Origin: a virus
DNA: 64,000 nt
IMG/VR virus record: IMGVR_UViG_3300045988_177049
Coordinates: 1 to 64,000 of that record
Direction: 5' to 3' (one strand)
Below are positions 38,637 through 48,887 of the stretch, piece by piece. The translations under genes and the position numbers were made by a program. The notes beneath the pieces are model-generated. The model was not told where the DNA came from, ran no database searches, and was given only the letters and a program-made list of their open reading frames with translations. How positions within the stretch are numbered: the first letter of the stretch is position 1; the number at the start of each line of letters is the position of its first letter.

Positions 38637-39125
38637 TTATGGCTGAGGAATCACGAGCGCAGAGCCTCGATAAATGAGGTGAACGTTACGAATACCATTA
38701 GCCTCAGCAAGACGGTCAACGCTCACTCCTGTTGCAGCAGAAATGCTCGACAGGGTGTCTCCATTCTGTACGACATACACCTGTTGCTCAGGCGTAGGCG
38801 CAGCAGAAGGAGACGGGGTTGGTTCTGTCTTCGTCACATGTGTCTCCACATGTGACGGAGCAGAACTAGGTTGTTTCGACGGTGTTACCACCGTATGTCC
38901 ATTTCCGGGGGCGCTATCGCGTCCCGAGGGTGACCCAGAAGAAACCTGGTGCCCCACCTCGCTCCCGTGAGGTGAGGATGTTGATGCATAGTGGGGTGCA
39001 AAATAACCCCACAGCATCATCGAGGCAACAAAGACACATGAACCGATAGCCCCTAATAGTGCAAAAATGCTATTAGGGTTGTCCTCAAAGTCTTTGTCTA
39101 TTTTCTTCTCTTGTCCACCTAGCAT
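38637..39125 (-). CDS. Membrane-anchored LysM-domain protein
   Basis: C-terminal LysM YVVQNGDTLSSISAATGVSVDRLAEANGI. N-terminal TM. Start MLGGQEKK with RBS aaaggaagg. The longer track ORF start is unlikely. Confidence 0.55.
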   Translation of the reverse strand: MLGGQEKKIDKDFEDNPNSIFALLGAIGSCVFVASMMLWGYFAPHYASTSSPHGSEVGHQVSSGSPSGRDSAPGNGHTVVTPSKQPSSAPSHVETHVTKTEPTPSPSAAPTPEQQVYVVQNGDTLSSISAATGVSVDRLAEANGIRNVHLIYRGSALVIPQP

Positions 39126-39274
39126 CGTCGCCTTCCTTTCTTCCCAAAACGTATATGAAATTCCACCACATATTAGTATACACATACCGGAAGAAAGGGA
39201 GGTGGATTATACTGGTAACACAGGATAATCCATATCCGTACCCACACATAACATATGAAAAGGAGGCCACTATT

Positions 39275-40225
39275 ATGGCTCACACTCCACGTCAAATTTC
39301 CGCATCTCAGATCCGTCCTGGAGCAACCATCATTCTCCGAGGCCAGATCAAGTATGCGCGTGTTCGCTCCCTCTTGGGGCCTGCCGACATCGAAAAGCTC
39401 AACCGGGCACGTACCAAGTCCGAACCTCTTGATGTCAACAAGCCGATCACCCGTCTTGCACTCCATCACGCTGAGGTCGTTCCCCAGGATCCGAGTGGTC
39501 ATATGACCCCCGAAGAATACTACGTCTGGGAGCGTATGTTCGAAACCGAGAATAAGCCCGAACTTGGTCGTCGCTGGAACATCGACAACAAGGGAACCGT
39601 TCTCCCGGTTCTGCTCAAGACTGTCGATGGCACTGCACGCCAGATCACCGATGACGAGATCCCGGCTTCGCCGACCTCGCTGCCCACCGAACCTGAGCGT
39701 GATCAGCTGGTCACCGTTGTCCTCAACGTCTATGACACCAAGCGAGTCAACAAGGGTATTGGCATCCAAGCGATCATCTTCAATGAAGAGCCTCGTTGGT
39801 ACACCGGATCGTCCTCGGTCAATAACACCGCTCTTGCGGCTTTGGGTATTACCCTGTCTGGCCCCATCGTCGCTCACAGTGGCGTTGTCGCAAACGAGCT
39901 TGAAACCGCTGCTCCTGCTCCGGTTGCACCCGTTGCACCGGCTGTTCCCGCCGTTCCTGCTGTTCCGCAGGCAGCGCCTCAGAACACCGTGGTTGACGCA
40001 GCTTCCGGTTTGGCGATGCCCGCACCTGTCACCCAGCCTGTTGCACCTGTTCCTGCCGCTCAGATTGCAGCGCTTGATCCCCAGGCGCTCCAGGCTCTGA
40101 ACCCGCAGGCTCTCCAGATCCTGAACGCGATTACTCAGCAGCAGTCTGGTTCGGCTTTCACCGCACCTGCTGCCCCGGCTGCTTCTGCTGAGGAAGCGGC
40201 TTCTTCCCCGTGGTCTATTGACTGA
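39275..40225 (+). CDS. Hypothetical protein with Ala/Pro/Val- and Gln-rich low-complexity C-terminus
   Basis: RBS aaaggagg. 316 aa. APAPVAPVAPAVPAVPAVP and ALDPQALQALNPQALQILN repeats. Confidence 0.45.
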   Translation: MAHTPRQISASQIRPGATIILRGQIKYARVRSLLGPADIEKLNRARTKSEPLDVNKPITRLALHHAEVVPQDPSGHMTPEEYYVWERMFETENKPELGRRWNIDNKGTVLPVLLKTVDGTARQITDDEIPASPTSLPTEPERDQLVTVVLNVYDTKRVNKGIGIQAIIFNEEPRWYTGSSSVNNTALAALGITLSGPIVAHSGVVANELETAAPAPVAPVAPAVPAVPAVPQAAPQNTVVDAASGLAMPAPVTQPVAPVPAAQIAALDPQALQALNPQALQILNAITQQQSGSAFTAPAAPAASAEEAASSPWSID

Positions 40226-40250
40226 CAGTAGTCAATAACCTCTGACCCAT

Positions 40251-40316
40251 AAACGAGACGGACGTTGTCACCGCACTGAACGCATCAGTGGATGCCGCGT
40301 CCGTCTCGTTTTTATG
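40251..40316 (+). terminator. Intrinsic terminator (long stem plus U tract)
   Basis: aaacgagacggacg ... cgtccgtctcgtttttat. Confidence 0.65.
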
Positions 40317-40345
40317 CTTAAACACCACCACGAAAGGATCTCCAT

Positions 40346-41356
40346 ATGACGATCTCTTTTGATCCACGGTTAGCCTTTCCGCACTTTTACACCAATGAGA
40401 TCATCACCAAGGTTCTTGGCCCGATGCCCATTTGGACCGTATCAAACCCAACGTCAAAAATACCCATTGACATCCGTCATTTATTGGATGGTTGCAACGG
40501 GTGTACCCACCCCGAGCCTGTTCGTGGTGCATGGGCACGTGATGAGCGCGTTCTTGTGACTCTCGACGAGTTAACGAACGGTCTACCAACAGCAGCCAAC
40601 TGTGCCATGTTCATCGACGCACCTTCACAAGGATGCGTCGTTCTCGATATCGAGAAAACATGCCCGCCTGACGAGCGTGATCGTCTTCTTGCTATTGGTG
40701 CTCTCTACGCTGAAACCTCACTATCGGGCAAAGGTTATCACCTCGTGTTGCCTCTCCCCTCGTCGTTTCCTGAGCTATCAATTGCCGCAAACAAGGCCGT
40801 TCTCAAAGGCCCGCACGGGTGGTGGGAGATTCTTCAAAGCAATCACTTTGTGACCTACACACGTAATCCGACTCCTGTGCCCGTCTCGTCTACCGTTGAC
40901 ACCGAATTATGGGATCAAGTCTGGCGAAGCGTCGCTGAACCGGTCAACAGCAAGCCTGTAGCCGCTCGCGCAGCAAACCTTGACGAAAACACTCGACCGG
41001 GTCACGAGTGGTACGACGTTGTTTTGCTCATGCTCATTCAACGCTGCCGCTTCTTTGGACGCACCCCTGAACGCTTCGATAATGATCATTCCCGTTATGA
41101 ATGGGCTTATGCGCAATACATCTACGATAAGCTCAATCAGCTTCGTCTCAGTCCAGATTCCATCGACGTGTCTCCTGACAAATCTCTTGCCATGAACACC
41201 ATTGTCATTGACGAGACAACGGCGACGTGGTTGGTCTACGACACATTGACACACTATCTCGACCATCGCGCAAAGCACGATGAAACCCGCGAGGGTATGC
41301 CCTTGCTTCTGAACCTTGCGTCTCGTGTGGTGCTCACGCGAGAAGCGGGCGAATAA
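40346..41356 (+). CDS. Putative archaeo-eukaryotic primase (PrimPol-like) domain protein
   Basis: AEP motif I CVVLDIEK (hhhDhE). Motif II SGKGYHLVLPL (sGxGxH). Low-moderate confidence without a search. Confidence 0.45.
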   Translation: MTISFDPRLAFPHFYTNEIITKVLGPMPIWTVSNPTSKIPIDIRHLLDGCNGCTHPEPVRGAWARDERVLVTLDELTNGLPTAANCAMFIDAPSQGCVVLDIEKTCPPDERDRLLAIGALYAETSLSGKGYHLVLPLPSSFPELSIAANKAVLKGPHGWWEILQSNHFVTYTRNPTPVPVSSTVDTELWDQVWRSVAEPVNSKPVAARAANLDENTRPGHEWYDVVLLMLIQRCRFFGRTPERFDNDHSRYEWAYAQYIYDKLNQLRLSPDSIDVSPDKSLAMNTIVIDETTATWLVYDTLTHYLDHRAKHDETREGMPLLLNLASRVVLTREAGE

Positions 41357-41387
41357 TCCCACCGATACCTACGAAAAGAGGCCAGCA

Positions 41388-41654
41388 ATGACCAAAACCC
41401 CGCGTTCATACGTCATCGACGTAGACGGCATCACGTCATGCTACCCGATTATTTTCACTGACGATACCCCACTGTTTGCCTCATTTGGCACCGTCATCAC
41501 CGTTGACGAGATTGAGCATATGCGTACTCAAGATGGCTGGATTGATGCATGGGGCGGGAGGCTTACGAACGAGGAAATGAAGGAATACCTCATCGACCAA
41601 CTCTCTGAGAACCGTGTCCGTGTCGTTTATAACCCCTATCGCACGCGCGTTTAA
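41388..41654 (+). CDS. Hypothetical small protein
   Basis: 88 aa with RBS aaaagagg. Confidence 0.35.
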   Translation: MTKTPRSYVIDVDGITSCYPIIFTDDTPLFASFGTVITVDEIEHMRTQDGWIDAWGGRLTNEEMKEYLIDQLSENRVRVVYNPYRTRV

Positions 41655-41673
41655 TCCACAGAAAGGACATCCC

Positions 41674-42270
41674 ATGTTACTCTCCGAGCGACCCAATAAG
41701 ACGTACATCGTTGTTGTCGAACGATACAACTCAAAGTTGGGAATTGACGAAACCAGCAGTTACACCATCGAAGCACCAACACTAGCCGAAGCGGTTATTT
41801 ACAGCGAGCCGGTTCTTCAAGGCGAGCGTATGCGAGGTAAAAACCCCGCGCGCATTCTCTCCATCCATGAGACCAAGCCTTACCCGAAGAGCTTCATGAG
41901 AGCTACCCAGGCTACCATGATTGACGTGCTCAAAGACCTTGCGATCACTCGCCCCGAAGTCATCAATGAGATCGACGAGATGTGCGAAACATTTAAGTCG
42001 TACAATGACGGCCTCAGTTTTGACGAGCAAGTACGAGACGCGGGTCATCTTCTCCTGCTTATCCCTGGGTTGGATGACGTGTACGTCGACGTTTTCAGCG
42101 ATGAAGATTATGTAGAAGTGCTCCACGATGTTCGCTCCCTTGGGAGCAATGTTGCACTTTCCACTACATGTGGCCTTCGAAACATCACATACGATCGAAA
42201 CGCAAGCGGAGCCGAGGGTCTCGCCGCACTCATGTGCGGCATTCGAGACAAGATGGAAGAAATTGCCTAA
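41674..42270 (+). CDS. Hypothetical protein
   Basis: 198 aa with RBS gaaaggacat. Confidence 0.4.
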   Translation: MLLSERPNKTYIVVVERYNSKLGIDETSSYTIEAPTLAEAVIYSEPVLQGERMRGKNPARILSIHETKPYPKSFMRATQATMIDVLKDLAITRPEVINEIDEMCETFKSYNDGLSFDEQVRDAGHLLLLIPGLDDVYVDVFSDEDYVEVLHDVRSLGSNVALSTTCGLRNITYDRNASGAEGLAALMCGIRDKMEEIA

Positions 42271-42425
42271 CGCACTTGCGTAAAAGGAAACCCCGGTACC
42301 AGAAATCCCAAATGGTACCGGGGTGACCCGAACACAATGAACAACTTGAAACGCATCAATCCGAAAGGAGTTGATACACAAATAGTATCACAACTCCGTT
42401 CGTGTACCAAAGGAAAGGAACATCA

Positions 42426-42833
42426 ATGACCAAACCTTTAAATCCTTACGTTGCATCCGTCACCATCGAAGCAGAAACTCTTGAGGACGCTGAGCGAGTA
42501 CTTGCTGAGCGGCTGGGCTACGACGAAGACTACGGCTTCCCATACACGCTTAAGTACGATGATCCACAACTCATCGGTAAAAACCCCTCTGAGGATGAAG
42601 ACATACTCAGGTATCACACATGCCATATTGAGATAGGCATCAAGGGTAACAATCGTGTCATTCGCACTCAACCGCGATTCTGGGAAAGTGTCAACCGGGA
42701 ACTCAGCAGATTTGCGCAGGCACTTAGTGAAAATACACCAATCAACATTACGGCAATCAGCGGCAATAATGGCTTAACCTTGTGCACAATCATACCTTCG
42801 GCCATTGCATGGTTAGAGGTTGTCAATGACTAA
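42426..42833 (+). CDS. Hypothetical protein
   Basis: 135 aa with RBS aaaggaaggaac. Confidence 0.4.
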   Translation: MTKPLNPYVASVTIEAETLEDAERVLAERLGYDEDYGFPYTLKYDDPQLIGKNPSEDEDILRYHTCHIEIGIKGNNRVIRTQPRFWESVNRELSRFAQALSENTPINITAISGNNGLTLCTIIPSAIAWLEVVND

Positions 42834-42918
42834 GGGCTGGATAAACGAAACCGTTGCGAGTAAGCGCTAGTTCTCAATGACTAACACCGCTTGCAACGGT
42901 TTCCTATTCACTCAAGGC

Positions 42919-43617
42919 TCACCACGTGTACCACGTTGCGACTCCGGCCCCAATAACTAGTACTGCAACATACATGGGTTCCAACCATGGTTTGCTTTGC
43001 TGATACCGCAAAACATTACCCATGATACTTCGATAGCGAGTGGACACGACAATGCGCGTCTCGCCTCGCTCAATCACTTTCCATGTGGATGGAAAAAGTG
43101 GGTAGTACCAGATCCACCCGGCCATACTCCCAGCATCGAGTAGATCATGAGTGATCATGCCCACGAGCAGCCAGATGAAACCAGGCCACACCCACGCTGT
43201 CGCTGCACCGACGCCAAGGAGCACCCAGAGCGTGTGTGTCCACCCTCTATGGTTCAGAGGTGAGGTTGCATCCGCGCGTGACTCAGGCGAGCGCAACAGC
43301 GTCCCCCAGGGCATAAAACGACCCACCAATGAATGGGGCAGGTCAATATCAGGGAGCACTGTTCCGATGATAAACAGTGGTAGCCCGATGGCAACGCTTG
43401 TTAACCATTGATCATCAGAGGGAATAAACATCTGATGGAGCCATGTGCTCCCGAGCTGCACTACCCCACTCACCGTATCTAACGCATTGCTCATCCATGA
43501 GGGTTCACCAGAATCAATCATCGCCTGAGATTGGCCTATGCTTTCACCTACGGTGACGCAGGCTCGGCCAAGTCCGAGAATCGCCAATCCACCAGCGATA
43601 TGATACGTTCCCCTCAT
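42919..43617 (-). CDS. Membrane-bound metal-dependent hydrolase (YdjM/DUF457-like)
   Basis: Multi-TM protein with NHRGWTHTL (HRGxTHS-type motif) and LPDIDLP. Confidence 0.45.
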   Translation of the reverse strand: MRGTYHIAGGLAILGLGRACVTVGESIGQSQAMIDSGEPSWMSNALDTVSGVVQLGSTWLHQMFIPSDDQWLTSVAIGLPLFIIGTVLPDIDLPHSLVGRFMPWGTLLRSPESRADATSPLNHRGWTHTLWVLLGVGAATAWVWPGFIWLLVGMITHDLLDAGSMAGWIWYYPLFPSTWKVIERGETRIVVSTRYRSIMGNVLRYQQSKPWLEPMYVAVLVIGAGVATWYTW

Positions 43618-43814
43618 TGTGCATCCTTTCGTGATATGCGTTGCATGATCACTATTATTCTACTGGAAAACCAGGGTTTTGTGCAGACTGCACAGCGGGT
43701 TTCCAAAGGCAAGCCGTACACAGTACGGCCCGAGATCTATTTGACAGAACCAGACAGCCTGACGGCGCTGCCTGGTTCTCTATTTAATTCCTTTTTATTC
43801 AGGAGGTACCCACC

Positions 43815-45062
43815 ATGAAGTTTGACGAGAATCTCGTTGACAACACTATTTTGTTGCTTGAAGCGGGTTTAGTTCCGGCCCTGATGGGCGAACCCGGTAT
43901 CGGCAAGTCATCTTTCGTCGAAGACGTTGCCCGCCGAACGAACACCACATGCTTCACCCTTCCGTGTAACTTGCTGGCTGACAAGGCTGACCTGACAGGT
44001 GCACGCCTTGTTCTCAATGAATCTACCGGAGAATGGGCGCAGAAGTTCTTCCCCCACTCCGTCATCAGCCAAGCAATTCACTACGCCGAGAACAACCCCA
44101 ATGAACAGCCGATTCTGTTCTTGGATGAAATCAACCGTACGACCTCTGATGTCACCTCGGGCACCTTGACCCTCGTGACATTGCGCCGTATCGGTGACAA
44201 GGCTCTGCCGAAGAACCTACGCATCATCGTTGCGGGCAACGACAAGGGTAACGTCACTGCTCTTGATGACGCGTCCGTTTCACGTTTCGCCATCATCAAC
44301 GTTGAGCCTGATGCCCATACCCTGATCGATGTCCTGGGAGACAACTTGCACCCGTGGGTCAAGATGGTCTTGGAGAAGCACCCGGAAACGATCTTTGTCA
44401 AGAACGTTGATGATCAGCAGGCTGTTGAAGGATCCGACGACGACGACGAAAACGCCACTGTTTCCGTCTTTGACCTTTTCGACGGATCCGAGGAAATCCG
44501 GCCTTTCGCCACCCCTCGTACCATCGATGGTGTCTCGCGCTACCTCACTGCTCTGTCGACCGAAAAGCTCATGAGTTTCATGGCAACTGCCGCAACCACT
44601 CGCGATGGACGACATGTCTCCTACCTTCAAGAAACCATTGAAGGTCTGACCGGAAACACGTCTTTCACCACGCTCCTGATGGGTGTGATCAGCGAAGAAC
44701 TGAGCAAGGGCACGACCCAGACCAACGCTCAGCGCGTGGTCAAGCCGCGTATTTACGATACCTTGAAGGCTGCCGCCACCACGAGCATCGACGACGTTAC
44801 TCAGGTCATTTCAACCATGACCGATAACGACGCATCAGGATGCCTCGTCTTTGCTCTCTACGAGCGCGATGACAACACTGTGATCATTCAGGCTCTCAAC
44901 GACCGCTTGAGCCGTCTGGAAAAGAACCACCTGAATGATCTCATCACCTTGTGGTCGTCCGGCGCGCTCAACTCCCATAACTGCCGAGTTTTCACTGGGC
45001 TGAACACTGGCTTTGCCCAAGCCATCACGCCCACTCTCGTTGCTATGGGTCTGGGCGACTGA
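43815..45062 (+). CDS. MoxR-family AAA+ ATPase
   Basis: Walker A LMGEPGIGKSSF. Walker B ILFLDEINRT (DEINR typical of MoxR). RBS aggaggtacc. Confidence 0.7.
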   Translation: MKFDENLVDNTILLLEAGLVPALMGEPGIGKSSFVEDVARRTNTTCFTLPCNLLADKADLTGARLVLNESTGEWAQKFFPHSVISQAIHYAENNPNEQPILFLDEINRTTSDVTSGTLTLVTLRRIGDKALPKNLRIIVAGNDKGNVTALDDASVSRFAIINVEPDAHTLIDVLGDNLHPWVKMVLEKHPETIFVKNVDDQQAVEGSDDDDENATVSVFDLFDGSEEIRPFATPRTIDGVSRYLTALSTEKLMSFMATAATTRDGRHVSYLQETIEGLTGNTSFTTLLMGVISEELSKGTTQTNAQRVVKPRIYDTLKAAATTSIDDVTQVISTMTDNDASGCLVFALYERDDNTVIIQALNDRLSRLEKNHLNDLITLWSSGALNSHNCRVFTGLNTGFAQAITPTLVAMGLGD

Positions 45063-45163
45063 GTCTTTTGTGCACACCGATCGTATTCGGTGTAACTGCC
45101 TTGTTCTCCGACAGTTGCACCGAATACGACACATACCCGATATATTCATAGAAAGGGGCATCA

Positions 45164-46861
45164 ATGGCTACGATCCCCGTCAGCCTCATTGGACAAAAGC
45201 CAGGTCACCTTGACCCATACACGGCAATCCCCGCTTTCATCGGCGATTGCGACCCTGTAGCAATGCTCGACGCTATGGTGACCCACACGCTCTTTGAGCC
45301 ACTGAACGCAAACCAAACGGTCGCTGTGGTTGTGAATAATCAACCGATCGACCGCGATGGTGCAAACGAGCTTCTCCTTCGATCTGTCGGTGAAGTTCTG
45401 GACCCCGTTGCTCAGGAAGTGATGAACACGCTCTTTGAGCAGGCTCTCACCAGGTGGATCCCTTCGGCATCGTCACCTGTCGATGAAGCCTTCATCACCC
45501 AGGCCGCTGCCACGTGCAAACTGCCTGACCCGAGCAAGGCTCTCTACACCACGCAATCCGACGTGATCCCGGCTGTAAAAGACGTGCTTGCGGGTAACGC
45601 TGGAACAGACCTTCTCCTGGTGTCCTTGGGATGGACCTTCCACCCACACACCGTGGGGTTCTGGTTCCGTACCAACGCTGAGTTCGATGCGTTCAAGACA
45701 TGGCTTCAAGGCGAGCTTGCCAAGATTGCGTCCAATATCAGCACCCCTGATATGCGGATGTTCCAGCAGTTCGATGCGCTCACGCTCACCGATCTGACCG
45801 AATCGCTCATCTTGCGAGCAGATGACTCACAGGCTCTGGATGAGTACTCGTTCGCACGTGTGCTCATGTGGGCGCTCATGACATGGACTCACAACAACGC
45901 TCCCCAGGCAGGCGCGCCCCAGACATGTGGCGTTCTCCCATTCAGCATCGCTGAGATGGCTTTGCCCAGGACTCTCGTTCTGGTCAACATTGAAGCTCAT
46001 GCCAGGACCTCTATGCGCAAGATCATTAACGAGTGGGAACTCATCAACAAGTCACTCCACACACCTGTGAAGCTCGTAACCCCAGGGCAGCTAAGCAAAC
46101 TCACGGCTCTCGCCCGTGCGCAGCAAAAAGCATCAGCCCAAGCTGCAAACAGCTTGTCCAACGCGCACCAGCAAAAGGGTCGTAGTGGTCGCGTGGTATT
46201 CCACAAGCGCCCAACACACCCTGTTGACATCTACAAGTCTGTCATGCGCGTGCTCACTCGTATGTCCAAGGTCAACCAATCGTTGAACTCGATTCGCAAT
46301 GTGACGACGAGTTTCGTCAGGGCCAACAGGCGTCAACCTAATGATCCGAACAAGCCAGGTAAGGTCATTTCGCGTAAATACCTACCCGACATTCACATTT
46401 ACCTTGATACGTCAGGGTCTATCTCCACCGAAAACTACGAAGATACGATCAAAATGCTCATCACTTTCGCCAAGAAAATGGGCGTTGATCTGTACTTCAC
46501 GAGCTTCTCACACATCATGTCCACTCCTGTGCGTCTTCGTATCAAAGACCGCTCGGTAAACCAGGTGTGGAAGCAGTTCGCGGCTGTGCCGAAGGTTTCC
46601 GGTGGAACCGACTACGAGCAGATTTACACCTTCATCAACGAACACCCCACTCTAAGGCGTCGTTTGAACCTGGTGATCACTGACTTTGAATGGTGGCCTG
46701 GGTCATACCACATCGATGTCCCAGAAAATCTGTACTACGTTCCGATCTCTGTTCCATCTGGGTACTACTCATCGTTGCGTAACAGCGCCATGAGCTTTGT
46801 CCGTTCGATGGAAAAGATCGATCCGAGTACGGGGTCTCGAATCCTTGGTATGACCAACTGA
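45164..46861 (+). CDS. von Willebrand factor A (VWA) domain protein, partner of MoxR
   Basis: MIDAS motif IYLDTSGSIS (DxSGS) in the C-terminal half. Large N-terminal region of unknown function. Immediately downstream of the MoxR ATPase. Confidence 0.6.
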   Translation: MATIPVSLIGQKPGHLDPYTAIPAFIGDCDPVAMLDAMVTHTLFEPLNANQTVAVVVNNQPIDRDGANELLLRSVGEVLDPVAQEVMNTLFEQALTRWIPSASSPVDEAFITQAAATCKLPDPSKALYTTQSDVIPAVKDVLAGNAGTDLLLVSLGWTFHPHTVGFWFRTNAEFDAFKTWLQGELAKIASNISTPDMRMFQQFDALTLTDLTESLILRADDSQALDEYSFARVLMWALMTWTHNNAPQAGAPQTCGVLPFSIAEMALPRTLVLVNIEAHARTSMRKIINEWELINKSLHTPVKLVTPGQLSKLTALARAQQKASAQAANSLSNAHQQKGRSGRVVFHKRPTHPVDIYKSVMRVLTRMSKVNQSLNSIRNVTTSFVRANRRQPNDPNKPGKVISRKYLPDIHIYLDTSGSISTENYEDTIKMLITFAKKMGVDLYFTSFSHIMSTPVRLRIKDRSVNQVWKQFAAVPKVSGGTDYEQIYTFINEHPTLRRRLNLVITDFEWWPGSYHIDVPENLYYVPISVPSGYYSSLRNSAMSFVRSMEKIDPSTGSRILGMTN

Positions 46862-46963
46862 TTCGAATCACACCAATCTGCTCACCCCTTCCTTCTCTGG
46901 GCTAACCACCTGGGGAAGGAAGGGCCTATTCATATCTCTTTATTCACGTGAAAGGAGGCCCCT

Positions 46964-48805
46964 ATGGGCCTGTCAAACTTTACACCCACAGACATCGGCG
47001 GCAACCCCGGCACTGGGGGATCGAACATCCCTCTATCGTCCTTGCTCGGCCCACTTCTGACAGGCGGCTCTGACATTAACGATATGCTCATTAACTACAA
47101 CGAGACGTACAAGAGCGCCACACCTGCTCTTTTCCGTGATGAGATCGTCACCCAGACCATGAGCATCATCTCGTCCTCTCGCAAGCCGAACGCTCTACTC
47201 GTCGGCCCAGCTGGGGTTGGCAAGACGGCGATCGTCGAAGAGATCGCCAGGCGCATCGCTAATAAAGAGGCTTCTGTGCCCCCGCAGCTCGCAAACACGA
47301 CGATCTACGAGCTGCCAATTGCAACTCTCGTTGCAGGCGCTGGCGTAGTCGGTGATCTGGAAAACCGCATCACCGAGATCATCAAGTTTGCACAGGATGC
47401 AAACAACGATGCACTGCTGTTCATTGATGAGATCCACCTCATTGCAGATAGCAACAACACGACCTACGCCAAGATTGCACAGATCCTCAAACCCGCTATG
47501 GCCCGAGGATACATCCGCGTGATCGCCGCAACGACCATGGGTGAAGCGAAGAAACTCGATGACGACCCGGCGTTCAAGCGCCGTTTCTCATCCGTCATCG
47601 TCGATGAACTCACCCGTGAGCAGACCCGTCAAATCCTGGACATTGTTCTGCCCGGTATGCTCACCCACTACCAGAACAAGGTCACGGTCGCCCCCGACGT
47701 CCTTGACGAAATCGTCATGACAGCCGACCGTCTCATGAGTACGGGACACCGCCCTGATACGGCGATTACGCTTCTCGACCGAGCACTGAGTCACTCCGTC
47801 ATTAGCCACCACGCGGCGATCCAGGAAGCTCTCGCTTCTGGGAACACGACGAGCGCACAGATGCTCCAGCAGATTACTCATATTCCGTTGACGGCTAAGC
47901 GACTGAACACAATCGCCATGCTTCTTGTCACCGGACAATCCCAGCCCCCACACCTTGATGTGACAGCTCTCCAAACAGAGCTATCCAGGCTCAGGGGTCA
48001 AGAAGAGGTTCTTCCCCGCATCGTCGACGCTTTGCGCAGACGCGAGCTGAACATCTTCCCGAGCACTCGCCCCACCTCATGGCTTTTCGCCGGGGCATCC
48101 GGGGTCGGCAAGTCGGAAACAGCCACGATCATCTCATCTATGGTCACTGGGCAAAAGCCCATCATCCTCAACATGGCTGAGTACCATGACTCGGCGTCGA
48201 TCAATCGCATCATCGGCTCACCAACCGGCTACGTCGGTTCGGACAGCGCCAAGGAACGACCTTTCGATACCTTGGCATCGAACCCCTACCGCGTGATCGT
48301 CCTTGATGAGTTTGAGAAGGCCGATATGTCAGTGCAGCGACTTTTCCTCTCTGCTCTGGATACCGGCGAGATCCAGATGGCAAACGGTCCAGCCGTTGAC
48401 CTCTCGCGTTGCATCGTCATTGCAACGACAAACGCTGGAAGGCAGAAACTCTCTGGCTCCCAGATGGGCTTCGGGGATCATAAGCACTCCATGAGCAAGC
48501 AGTCTTTGACCAAAGAACTCCAAAAGAGTTTTGACGCAGAGCTGCTGGGACGCTTTGATGATCTCATCGCGTTCATGCCTTTGGGTGCCGACGACTACGC
48601 ACAAATCTTGCGCGATGAATACAATCGCCAAGTAAAGCGTATTTGCGCCGAGCGCCCAGACCTGAGCTTTGATCCAATTGATGATGACACCATCGCTCAA
48701 TTGGTCGATGAGACATGGCTCGTTGACCAGGGCGCACGCCCGGCCATTCGCGCCATCCGCGCTCTGATTGAAGACATGCTGCTCGCTCAGGTAGCGAACT
48801 CATAG
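46964..48805 (+). CDS. ClpA/ClpB-like double AAA+ ATPase (short, no obvious middle domain)
   Basis: D1 Walker A LLVGPAGVGKTAI and Walker B LLFIDEIHLI. D2 Walker A LFAGASGVGKSET and Walker B VIVLDEFEKA. RBS gaaaggagg. Confidence 0.65.
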   Translation: MGLSNFTPTDIGGNPGTGGSNIPLSSLLGPLLTGGSDINDMLINYNETYKSATPALFRDEIVTQTMSIISSSRKPNALLVGPAGVGKTAIVEEIARRIANKEASVPPQLANTTIYELPIATLVAGAGVVGDLENRITEIIKFAQDANNDALLFIDEIHLIADSNNTTYAKIAQILKPAMARGYIRVIAATTMGEAKKLDDDPAFKRRFSSVIVDELTREQTRQILDIVLPGMLTHYQNKVTVAPDVLDEIVMTADRLMSTGHRPDTAITLLDRALSHSVISHHAAIQEALASGNTTSAQMLQQITHIPLTAKRLNTIAMLLVTGQSQPPHLDVTALQTELSRLRGQEEVLPRIVDALRRRELNIFPSTRPTSWLFAGASGVGKSETATIISSMVTGQKPIILNMAEYHDSASINRIIGSPTGYVGSDSAKERPFDTLASNPYRVIVLDEFEKADMSVQRLFLSALDTGEIQMANGPAVDLSRCIVIATTNAGRQKLSGSQMGFGDHKHSMSKQSLTKELQKSFDAELLGRFDDLIAFMPLGADDYAQILRDEYNRQVKRICAERPDLSFDPIDDDTIAQLVDETWLVDQGARPAIRAIRALIEDMLLAQVANS

Positions 48806-48814
48806 AGCACATAC

Positions 48815-48851
48815 GGTTCGCCCACGTGAATTCACCCCTCGTGGGCGAACC
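48815..48851 (+). terminator. Stem-loop terminator
   Basis: ggttcgcccacg ... cgtgggcgaacc. Confidence 0.55.
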
Positions 48852-48887
48852 ACCCATTCATCATCTATTTATCCAAGGAGAACAACC

